A stretch of 60,554 nucleotides of DNA, the filler included, from Squatina squatina (taxonomy: Eukaryota): NCBI GenBank assembly GCA_031763465.1. It is 4 parts of 4 records of this genome, joined end to end, with 100 filler letters (N's around TTAATTAATTAA, not from the genome) between each part and the next. Parts side by side here need not be neighbours in the genome. Positions count along the whole stretch, not along the records: positions 1 to 15,742 come from JARFOE010000005.1; 3 more parts are not named here. One strand, given 5' to 3'. Shown one piece after another: positions 1-9,923 of the stretch. The number at the start of each line of letters is the position of its first letter. Position 1 is the first letter of the stretch. A model generated the notes under the pieces. That model searched no databases and was not told where the DNA came from. It saw nothing but the letters and a program-made list of their open reading frames with translations. Made by a program: the position numbers and the translations under genes.

Positions 1-392
1 TTTTTGAAAAAATTAAAATTTTATGTAATTCTATTTAAAATTATTGTTGACAAGAACAGGAATACAGCACAAATGTACATTTCTTTAGGAAAACACAATT
101 GGGTTGAAATCGCTCCGAGTGATATTAATAACAAATGTATTAATGAGTTTGTAAGAAATTTGTCCGCTATTTTTAATGTGCTTCAAGTAATTAGGTTAAA
201 ACAGCAGACAGAGGAGCCTGATGCAAATGCATCAATGCATTTATTAGTAATATTGCACAGCATGATCTCAACCAACATATTTTTTTTATTAAAAGGACTG
301 CTGTCGCTAATTGGTCAAGCCTCTTCAGATGCAGATACAGAGTCACATGTTTTTGTATAATAAATATCCACAGAATTACAGTATGTACTTAC

Positions 393-597
393 TTATCTTT
401 TCCAAACTCATATTTTCCAGGTCCATTTCTCAGCAGATTTCCCCTTAACCATTTAGGAATTTCCCCTTTGACGTTCACAGGAATGGGTTCAGGGGTTTCC
501 TCCACAGTCATGAACAGTGGTGCTACGCACTCTAGTCCCTTTGTCCTGCTGTAGTATATCGGTTCCTTCTTTGTGTTGGGAAGCAGGTGCCTCAAAA
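393..597 (-). CDS. BCO2: Beta-carotene oxygenase 2 internal exon (exon 2-like)
   Basis: Translates to ...GLECVAPLFMTVEETPEPIPVNVKGEIPKWLRGNLLRNGPGKYEFGKD, the N-terminal carotenoid oxygenase motif. It has an AG acceptor and a GTAAGT donor. It lies next to TEX12, as in human. Confidence 0.88.
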
Positions 598-1152
598 CTA
601 TTTTAAAAAGTTCAGAAATAGATTACACCACCAAAAGGACCTTAAGGCAGTGTGAAGACACAGAACATTGGTGGATTGGCCAATACATGTTACAAAATAG
701 GATACAAGTCCCCATACATTAGGTGAATATTGGTCATGTCATTGGAGGACACAGATATTTAACTATGTGCAGTTCAGNNNNNNNNNNNNNNNNNNNNNNN
801 NNNNNNNNNNNNNNNNNNNNNNNNNNNNNNNNNNNNNNNNNNNNNNNNNNNNNNNNNNNNNNNNNNNNNNNNNNNNNTTATTGCAAATCGAAGGAGAAAG
901 AGCAGGGGAGTGGGACTAATTAGATCGCTCTTTCACAGAGCAGGCACAGGCTTGATGGACCAAATGGCCTCCTTCTGCACTGTATGATTCTATGAGGGGA
1001 GGCCGCTTGCTCCCATTACTCAAATGTCTGGGTTATAAACTAAACATGGCAAGCATCAAAATAAGTTGATCAGTACTCTTTCTTCTTATAATTTACTGTA
1101 GAATTTCTCTTATTTCATATGCTGTCAAAATTTAACGTCAAACTGAAAATAA

Positions 1153-1300
1153 TCATTCTGTATGAAGGGCATTCGCAATCATGGTAAGCTTATGTCTGAG
1201 ACCTTCTTTCTTCTGTTTCAGATATCTTTCCATGGCCTTGGCTTCTTCCAGGATTGTGTTAAGTTGTTGCACATGCTTGGCATTCAATGCTGTTCTTTGA
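1153..1300 (-). CDS. TEX12: Testis-expressed 12 (synaptonemal complex central element), last coding exon
   Basis: Manual translation QRTALNAKHVQQLNTILEEAKAMERYLKQKKEGLRHKLTMIANALHTE* resembles the TEX12 C-terminus ([47 protein letters not shown]). AG acceptor at 1302-1301. Confidence 0.8.
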
Positions 1301-1383
1301 CTTATATAAGTAGCAAGAAAGATTTTATTAGACTATGAATAATATAAATTAGTGTCATGTTCAAATTGATTGAAAATAGTTAC

Positions 1384-1435
1384 CTTGAAGTTTCTGTATA
1401 TGTAGACAGCAAGATATTAACTACTTCATTAACAT
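1384..1435 (-). CDS. TEX12: TEX12 penultimate coding exon
   Basis: (D)VNEVVNILLSTYTETS(S) resembles DVSKEINLMLSTYAKLLS. The AG/GT boundaries give a phase compatible with exon 1153-1300 across an 83-bp intron. Confidence 0.75.
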
Positions 1436-2754
1436 CTGTTGAAAAACATAAGGGGTGAAGTTGACAAGAGTTTTCTAAATACAAGTACAATTCTGTACAA
1501 TCTTCAATAATATTTGATTATCCTAATGTATTTGTGGAAAATTAATTTCTCTTTGCTTTCCAATGTATCTTCTTTTAATCAATTAATTTGTAGTTTAAAC
1601 TGCCTCCTCTCAGCAGAAAGGAATTGTGAGAGTTTAAATTATTTCCAGCAACTGTAAGGTATAAATTCAAGATATCTTCAGACCTTTTTAAAAAAGCATG
1701 CTTTCAAAGCTATTGCATAATGCTAATTTTTGTCTCTTACACTCGATCACAAATATGGCTGAAAAATGATAAATATCTTCACAAAAACAAATATGATAGA
1801 TATGTATTTTAAATTTAATTTCGGTTTCACAGAAGTAAACTCCAACATGTATATTACTGAATGTCATTTCCCAAAGACCATCTGAATCACCATTCATCAT
1901 ATTTCAAAAATCCAACCAGCAAATTTCAGATGCATCCCCTATGGAGCCACCACAATGAATAGTGATACAAAAATTAGGAATAAAGAATTTCAAAAACTCC
2001 CCCTGTAATTTTTCACCACATGCTAACAAATCTATTCAACTCGAAGGCGCATGTAGAAATACAGAGTAAAATAAAATAACTATTTAAAGTGAAAATTACT
2101 TATTTATTTTCACTCTATTTAAGGGAGCCATGGATTAATAATAGGATCAAACTACCTCAAATTTCAAAACTGATCATAGAATCCCATTCATAAAGCAGTG
2201 TAATTCAACTATTAGATGTATCATTTATATCTTGTGCACTATTTGTCGAATTTATTCAATCATGCAACTAATTCACAAATACATATTAGATTGTAAGTAT
2301 GATTGCAATTTATTGCTGACCAATTATGTAAGCTCGTTGTTTTGTACAAAATAACTTCTGACTGATTTCTCCATGATGCATGTGTCAGTAAGCTAAATAT
2401 ATTTTTGCATAAGTATTAATTCCTATGAATATCTAAGGTTACAGCTATTGGAACACAATACACAATTTAAAATGTTTCTCTTTGACCAACAGCAGGGCAG
2501 ATCAACTAGATTCAAAATAAATCAGACCAAGATATACACACAAATAAATAAAAACAATTAAAAAAATCAAATCTGGGTGCACACAAACAAAAGTAACTGT
2601 CTGTATTGAAAAAGCAGTTGAGTTCAAGAGTCAGTAGAGTGTGAAATTAATTCTGAGTGTTCTATCACTCAGAAATATTAGATATGCATACTTCATTGTA
2701 CTACACCACAAGCACTCTTGGCATCTTTAAAATTTTCATTCTGCTGTTAGACAT

Positions 2755-3273
2755 GGGCACCCAATTCAGATTTTTCTTTGGTGATAAATTAGCACTAAAT
2801 CAGCATTAATGCTTAACACTGATTTAGGGCGTTAAATTTGGGTACCGAAGAAATGGCACTAAATGGGTGCAAACCTTGTAAGGCTGGAAACGTTCATTTT
2901 AGCGTTAGGTGATCGAGATGACGTCATAACTGGGCGCAACGCCCAAAATGGCCACCCGCAGCTGAATTAGTTAAGGCTGATGACACTTAAAAGTAGCGGT
3001 GCCAACGCCCTGTTTTTTGGGCATTGACATGCTTGATCTAATGATTTCCAGTGCTATATAGAGCGCAGGAAGTGGACTTCAATTGAAAGTTAATTCGGAC
3101 CTCCCTGATACTCAAAACGGCTGCTTCTGAGCTTTGCTGCCTCTCTTTAATACACTTCTGACTTTTATAAGCATTTTGTGAGATTTTATAATATTTGAAA
3201 AAAAATCGGCCACTCTCTCCATGCGTGCTGCGCTTGTGGTCGATTGGGAACTCCACCGACATCACATGAGGTA
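2755..3273. repeat. GC/CpG-enriched interspersed repeat (probable non-autonomous DNA element fragment)
   Basis: CpG content rises abruptly against AT-rich flanks, with no splice-bounded ORF. Family not identified. Confidence 0.35.
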
Positions 3274-4348
3274 NNNNNNNNNNNNNNNNNNNNNNNNNNN
3301 NNNNNNNNNNNNNNNNNNNNNNNNNNNNNNNNNNNNNNNNNNNNNNNNNNNNNNNNNNNNNNNNNNNNNNNNNACTGAAATCAATGTAATGGCGTGAAGT
3401 TGGGGTACTTACTGAAGACACCAGAAAAAGTTAGGGCTGGTGCATTCAGGGTTATCTTGCATTAGGCGTTTGGGAATACCAAACACTAATACTGTGTTAT
3501 GATTAGCAACAGAACAAGTGGATGGTAGCACTATAAATCATTCATGCATGTAATGTTTAGGGTGAATGGAGTGCTGGCCCTTGTGAAAGAACTCCAGTGA
3601 GTTTGATGGTGAGCTATCACATATATAGTGCATACTGAAGACAGTTAGTAGCAGCTGACAACTTCAAAGTCATTTTTAAAAGGTAACTTTACAGTAGTGA
3701 TATCACAAGGGATATACCTTTCCTGATCAGAGTCAGCATTGAGTATACTGTAAGTCAAGAAGTTGTCACCAAAATAAATAATGGTTTAAAAAAAAACTGC
3801 ATTCAAGGCTGCCATCTAAATGATATTTCTCAGCCATTTTTACAGTTTATGTCACCTAAAGCCCCTGATATTATAGCTTTTTAACTTGCTTTTATATATC
3901 CATTATTGTATGTATGCTCTTGTAGTGTATGTAAAATTTGAGGCAGTACTAACACAATGTACCTGCTAAAATTTACCAGTCTGGTGAATTGTTACAAGTC
4001 TTTATGAAATTGGGAATTTCTAAACTGGTTACAGTCAGGGCTCCAGTGGTCTTATCAAGGTGTATGTCTGTGCATCTCTCATTGTCTGAACATTACTCCA
4101 CACCAGGCAGCTATGAGTACTAATTCATTGCAAGATACAATATTTTACAGAACACTGAACTAATAGTATTTAAAAGAATTGTAACAATGATAGTAGTTTT
4201 CTTCAGTTTTCTAACTCAAGCCTAAGGGAATCATTTTATTATTGCATTTGTTCATGTAAACCTAATTTCCTACTAATATTGCTGTTTACAATTAATACTG
4301 TCATTATCATAAAGTAGAAATTTTCATCTGTCATTTCTTGAATGAAAC

Positions 4349-4417
4349 TCAAGGATCATATGGAACAACATCGCAGATAACAAACCCAGCTTCCTGGAAA
4401 GCTTTCTTTAACTCGAC
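4349..4417 (-). CDS. gkup: Glucuronokinase (GHMP family, gkup-like), last exon
   Basis: TTTCTAG acceptor, then VELKKAFQEAGFVICDVVPYDP*. In phase with exon 4739-4810. Confidence 0.75.
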   Translation of the reverse strand, partial: VELKKAFQEAGFVICDVVPYDP

Positions 4418-4738
4418 CTAGAAAGAATATGGAAACCCACGTCAGTAATATATCAAACTCAATTTAAGGACACCTTCAGTAAAGCAGGATAATAATGAAC
4501 AGAGAACAAGAGCTGGCTAAGAGTTTGTTGCAAAACTAGTGTAGTCAAGGGATTATGCTGATGCAATCTATTGAAACGCCTCCTCATCCCATTGGCATTT
4601 TACTGTTGCCTTAAACTGGTGATGCATGCTTGCTTTTGAATGCTCCTCAAAACACAAATGAGTTCAGTTCATTTCTTCTTTAACTCATAACCCCAGCAAT
4701 TGATCCACCTCAATGCACAGAGAATTATTTCAACATAC

Positions 4739-4810
4739 CAGGTTGTCAGGATCCAGACAGAGACCAATCACTGCTCCTCCACTACCAGGAAGCTTTACTA
4801 CGGAGCCAAA
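4739..4810 (-). CDS. gkup: Glucuronokinase (gkup-like) exon with GHMP motif 3
   Basis: FGSVVKLPGSGGAVIGLCLDPDNL contains the KxxGSGG motif of GHMP kinases. CAG acceptor, GTATGT donor, 72 bp. Confidence 0.8.
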
Positions 4811-5245
4811 CTGCAGAAAGTAACAGATGTACATGTGACAAGAGAGTTTTTTTCAGAAATTATTAGGCTACATATCAAGCTTTAACAGAACATGTTAATT
4901 CTAACTATTCATGAAATTGAAGGTAAACTTTTCACCTTAAAATTTTAATCAGAGATTTATTAGTGCTTAAAATTTTGATTAGTACTTTGTAATCTTGTAA
5001 TTGATTTTTAAAGGGATGATTTTTATTTAATTTGTTTTTAAACATCCTGACNNNNNNNNNNCCATTTTTAATTATTCAATCACATTTTATAAATCATCTC
5101 CTTCAGTTTTCTTTATACCAATGTTTTTGAAGTTTTAAACTATATTTAGCCAAAGAGAAAGGAATTAAGTCCCAATGTGACAACAATGAATCAAGTTTTG
5201 GACTCCAACTGGACATAATACAGTTGTGACTTTGGGATGAATTTA

Positions 5246-5732
5246 ATGGGGAAGGTGGGTTAGGGGCTAGGGGGCTCAGAGGCAGTCGGGAAATCCGGGA
5301 GAACAGGTTTCCCGCAGACCCTGCCGAATTTAATGGAAGGGCATGATTTGAATGGGAAGCCTCTGTTTCCCACCTGCAGCCAGCCAGACGGAGAGGCTGG
5401 CTAGCACAAGGCTGCAGAGAGGAGGGAGGGAGGGATCATTTGGGGGCCGGGGTTGGTTGGTTGAGTGGGGGGTTGCTGAGTAGATTGGGGACGGCCGGAG
5501 GAGCGGAGTGGGAGTTTCCAGAACATTGTGATCACGGCCCAGGACCAGCATGGGGGGGGTGTGGTCCAGAACACCACGATCGCGGGCTGGCTGCAGGGAT
5601 AATGGGGGAGGGGATGGAAGGGTTCGGGGACTGGAGGAGCAGCCGGGGAGGCCTTGTGTGTGTGTGTGTGTTGGGGGGGGTGGCGGAGGGGCAAAGGAGA
5701 GGCTTGGCTTGGGGGGAAATCAGAGGCCGGAG
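5246..5732. repeat. G-rich interspersed repeat including a (GT)n tract
   Basis: Strong G skew, many GGG runs and (GT)n near 5656-5670. The overlapping ORFs are low-complexity artefacts. Confidence 0.45.
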
Positions 5733-6124
5733 NNNNNNNNNNNNNNNNNNNNNNNNNNNNNNNNNNNNNNNNNNNNNNNNNNNNNNNNNNNNNNNNNNNN
5801 NNNNNNNNNNNNNNNNNNNNNNNNNNNNNNNNACTCAAAAGACTGCAAGATTTTTAATGCATAAACGTCTTTGAATCCAATAGAAGAGCATGCATATTAT
5901 AATTTTATTAAATCTAACCACTTAACACTTTAAAATGAGTAAAATAGTGCTGCGGCTGTTTCTGAGGCCACAGAGCTGGCATGTTTGCTGTTGTCACATT
6001 CTTCAGATTTTGAGGGTAAAATTAACAAGGCCGTCATTACACATCAAAACGTATAAAAGAAGCAGCCTCCATGTGTATATTCTGTACTAGTTACTTTGCT
6101 CAATCACGCGTAGATCTCACTTAC

Positions 6125-6230
6125 GACTTTTTTGCTTTCGCATATCGTCACATCAGCCCAAAAGTTAGATATCGTCATGGCAATGGTCTTTCCGTGGAAG
6201 CCATCTGATGGATTTCCCATAATTCCTACC
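6125..6230 (-). CDS. gkup: Glucuronokinase (gkup-like) exon, start of kinase domain
   Basis: (R)VGIMGNPSDGFHGKTIAMTISNFWADVTICESKKV. The RVGxxGNPSD motif is characteristic of glucuronokinases. AG/GTAAGT boundaries. Confidence 0.85.
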
Positions 6231-6564
6231 CTAAAAAGAAGTCAGGGTCAGTGCAATGACTCATCACAGGTTCAAACGGATCTGGAATATGAGGCTCCAG
6301 GAGCAAAACCTATTCCCAACAATAGCTGTGGACTGACATTAAACGTTACAGAACCATAGACTAGTACAATGCAGAAGGAAGGCATTCGGCCCATTGAGTC
6401 TGCGGCGCTCCTTCAAANNNNNNNNNNNNNNNNNNNNNNNNNNNNNNNNNNNNNNNNNNNNNNNNNNNNNNNNNNNNNNNNNNNNNNNNNNNNNNNNNNN
6501 NNNNNNNNNNNNNNNNNCTGCATGCTTTATCACTAATATTTTCCTGTCTCTCTTTTGTCTCCAG

Positions 6565-6660
6565 CGCTCATTCTTAGGAACTAGGAAGCCGGGCACCCAC
6601 CTTCCTATTCCCATTGTACTCAGTGATCCCATTTCTGGAGAGCATTCCCACCAGGTGTAG
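6565..6660 (+). CDS. Probable terminal coding exon of an unidentified gene
   Basis: A long polypyrimidine tract and CAG precede RSFLGTRKPGTHLPIPIVLSDPISGEHSHQV*, followed by UTR-like sequence. Frame and identity are unconfirmed. Confidence 0.4.
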   Translation, partial: RSFLGTRKPGTHLPIPIVLSDPISGEHSHQV

Positions 6661-7367
6661 TTTCCCACTCTATGGGTTTTCGAGCAGAGTGTTGGAATTT
6701 TTTGAGGCTGTATTCAATCAACATTTTATTAACAGTGAAAAAAACTGCCCACAATTCTTCAAGAATATGTCAGACAGATTTGGTTTGACGGAGTGAGTGA
6801 GGGATTCTTTCAGCAACTGGATCCCTAAACTCTCAGTTTATTTTTTAGCGCTTTCAACTCAAACTGGTTCTGTTTTATTGCATTAAGGAGCACAAACAGC
6901 ACTTCCGGGTCCAACTTTAAAAATATTCTATTTTAATGTTTGCAAAGAGATAACTGTGAATTAATAAATGTTCTGTGTTTGGTCCATTTCTCTAGTTCCA
7001 GTTTATGATGTTAAGGGGACACTGTCTCCTTGAAAAACTGTGTGTGAAACTTGTTTCTGTTTGTTTAGAAGTTGAGGGGGAAGAGGTCAAAATGAGTTAT
7101 TTTTGCCTTGAGCTCAGATGTGTTTCCATGGCGCTTTTCAATCTGATTTCTGTTCCATTGGGAACTTGTAAACAAACAAAAAGGTTTGCCATCGTTCATG
7201 AAGAACACGGCCCTTTAACATAATCCCCACGTTGTAGTATTGAACAGTGTGGGTTATTTATATAGAACCTCAAAGAGGAAGCATTCAGAGTTGCCGAATA
7301 GCCTTTTCTCCTCGGATTACTCCCCTCCTAGAAAAGAAATAACGTGCATTTCTATAACGCCTTTTAG

Positions 7368-7446
7368 AAACGTAGAAAATAGGAGCAGGAGCAGGAGTAG
7401 GCCATTCGGCCCTTCGAGCCTGCTCCGCCATTCAATATGATCATGG
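7368..7446 (-). mobile_element. CR1-type LINE 3' end
   Basis: The motif AGGAGCAGGAGTAGGCCATTCGGCCCTTCGAGCCTGCTCCGCCATTCAAT recurs at 21785 and, inverted, at 21009 and 54340. Confidence 0.75.
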
Positions 7447-8499
7447 NNNNNNNNNNNNNNNNNNNNNNNNNNNNNNNNNNNNNNNNNNNNNNNNNNNNNN
7501 NNNNNNNNNNNNNNNNNNNNNNNNNNNNNNNNNNNNNNNNNNNNNNTTAACTCATTCGTTCTTGGTTCAGGTATTACAGATGAGGATGGTGTTTTATTCT
7601 TCGGGGTCTATCATTCAGTTATTTTCACGTGGCTTCCTTCTTGCCCATTGACTCTTGGGATCTGAGGTGTGGAGAGTGGCGCCTGTGCATTTACGGAGTA
7701 GTCCCTATTGCTCCTAACCCTGAATCATCTCCATTCTCCCCAGTGGTGGTTAATCCATTACCTGAGGTCCTTTATTTTGCCGTCCCTGAATCCAAGCCTC
7801 CTTGGGCGAGCCAGAAGATTATTTTGTGTCGGGGCTGTGTGAAAAGCATCCACACTCCCTCCTCATGCTCTGTGGAAAACCGGACTCCGATACCCAGCTG
7901 ATTAAAGATATTCTTACTTCTTACAGTAACCTTCACAGATGACGCTAGCCCAGTTCATCCAAAGTCCTGTAATCTTTTACCATCTTCGCCTCGCAGGGTA
8001 AATGAGCAACGAGCTTTGCAGGAACCTCTTCTTAATGTCTCCGTGAAAAAGAAAATCCTTCCTGAAGCTCTGTGTATTGGAGTGTTGAAAATTAAACAGT
8101 ACAAGCTGACAGACAGGATACGATTCCTTTTCATGTTTTTGGTGGAGTGGAATCCTGTTCCATTGCAGCATCCCTTGGGATAGGCCCAACTTAGTATTAT
8201 TCAATAAGAGTCTTGCACAGTCAGCACTCCAGCCCAGCTGCATCGCCCTCTGATTGATGCAGCGTTTTGGAGATATAGATTTTTTTTTTTCTGGAGCCTC
8301 AAAGCACAGCAATATGCAAATAGAGCTGCAAAGGGTGAAGGCACAACTGCATGATGACAGAAGCACTGAAGCTGGTGCAGTTTGGCCAACTGAAGAGAAA
8401 GTTGCACCATCGGGGCTGCTCATCAAGGGGGAGTTCTGTTATCGGGACCCTTCTTACGGAGGTGTTTTTACCAACAGGACCCATGTGAAGGAGTTGGCC

Positions 8500-8729
8500 T
8501 CGCTAACCCTCTTCTCCTTTAAGATGCTCCTTAAAACCTACCTCTATGACCAAGCTTTTGGTCACCTGTCCTAATATCTCCTTATGTGGCTCTGTGTCAA
8601 ATTGTGTTTGCCAACGGTCCTGTGAAGCACCTTGGGACATTTTACTATGTTAAAGTTCTGGTCGCCTCATTTTAGGAAAGACGTGGAAGCTTTGGAGAGG
8701 GTGCAGAGGAGATTTACCAGGATGTTGCC
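8500..8729 (+). mobile_element. L2-type 3' tail followed by a CR1 ORF2 fragment
   Basis: The tail CTCCTTAAAACCTACCTCT...TTTTACTATGTTAAAG matches 28430-28560. It is followed by FWSPHFRKDVEALERVQRRFTRML, a CR1 ORF2 motif. Confidence 0.75.
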
Positions 8730-8829
8730 NNNNNNNNNNNNNNNNNNNNNNNNNNNNNNNNNNNNNNNNNNNNNNNNNNNNNNNNNNNNNNNNNNNNNNN
8801 NNNNNNNNNNNNNNNNNNNNNNNNNNNNN

Positions 8830-9306
8830 AGGTGTGTCCTGGTCAGTCGGAGCTGGAATACTGCCCTTGTCCTGTTCCAAGGCTGTGTTAGTCCTTGGCG
8901 TCTGCCTCTGATAGCCCGAGGCAGTTATGCATCCCGCGCCATCGCCGGGCGCAGGTATCGTACCGGTGATGTTTATCGAACAGGATTCCTCGGGCTGAGA
9001 ATTGTTCTGACTGCCCTCTGGGCTGGTGCTCTGGTGTCTGCTCGATTCGGGCATTTGCTGCATGTAGTGATTCAGCGGTTCGCACAAGGCGGGAATCCGG
9101 TCCGATGAGTTGCTCCCAAGATCGATCCCGCTGTCCACGGAAGATGCCTCCTTGATTCTGGGGTCTGGCCACAGATCGTCCTGTTCCCGAATCTTGGCAG
9201 GGCCGAGGGGAGTGTTGTCAGCAAACACCTGCTGCACCACCACATCTTCTATCAAAGTCAGGTAATCCATGATGCTCAAGCACTTCTTGTTCTTGTCGAG
9301 GGATTT
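8830..9306 (-). CDS. IL10RA: Class II cytokine receptor cytoplasmic-domain exon, IL-10 receptor alpha-like (partial)
   Basis: ACAG acceptor and an open frame to the gap. It contains SSVDSGIDLGS (DSGxxxxS degron-like) and GYQRQ (YxxQ STAT3 site), resembling IL10RA STDSGICL and GYLRQ. The 11q23-like context fits. Confidence 0.55.
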
Positions 9307-9923
9307 CTGTGTGAGGGAATAAATCACATATCGAGTCTAACCGTAAAAATCTAAAAACAACTTGCCTTCCATATAACGGGGGNNNNNNNNNNNNNNNNNN
9401 NNNNNNNNNNNNNNNNNNNNNNNNNNNNNNNNNNNNNNNNNNNNNNNNNNNNNNNNNNNNNNNNNNNNNNNNNNNNNNNNNNAAGAAACATTAACCAAAC
9501 ACCTTATTCCTTTTTCCCGAACTGCAGAGTCCAAAGTCATTGAGCCCATTCTAGCTCCGCGTGAATTGCTCATGGATTCCTGGAGCGGAAATGAAGACAA
9601 TAATCAAGGGTTGATGAATTTGCCCCAATTTGATGGTACAACGTTGCTGGAACTAAGCTCCTGCAAGGAGCCAGGGGCCTCACAAGATGCTTCTCGTCAT
9701 CACTTGAACAAACCCTGTGTGGAATTTACGATGTCTTGTGTACCCTGGAGTGATAATGGAGATGTCCAGAGGAAAATATTTTTCATGGTGTTGAACAGTG
9801 AATGCCATTTGTCTCTGACATGACTGTGTGGTTGAATCGGCGGCCAATGCTTGATGCTTGCTCGGCTGCAGATTCTCCTTGCCCCCACGGTAGCCTCTCG
9901 TCAGATGCGCCTGTTTATTTGTT

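Noticed and set aside
7547-8480. Overlapping 60-150 aa ORFs
   Set aside because: No motifs or convincing splice pairs; likely UTR or intronic sequence.
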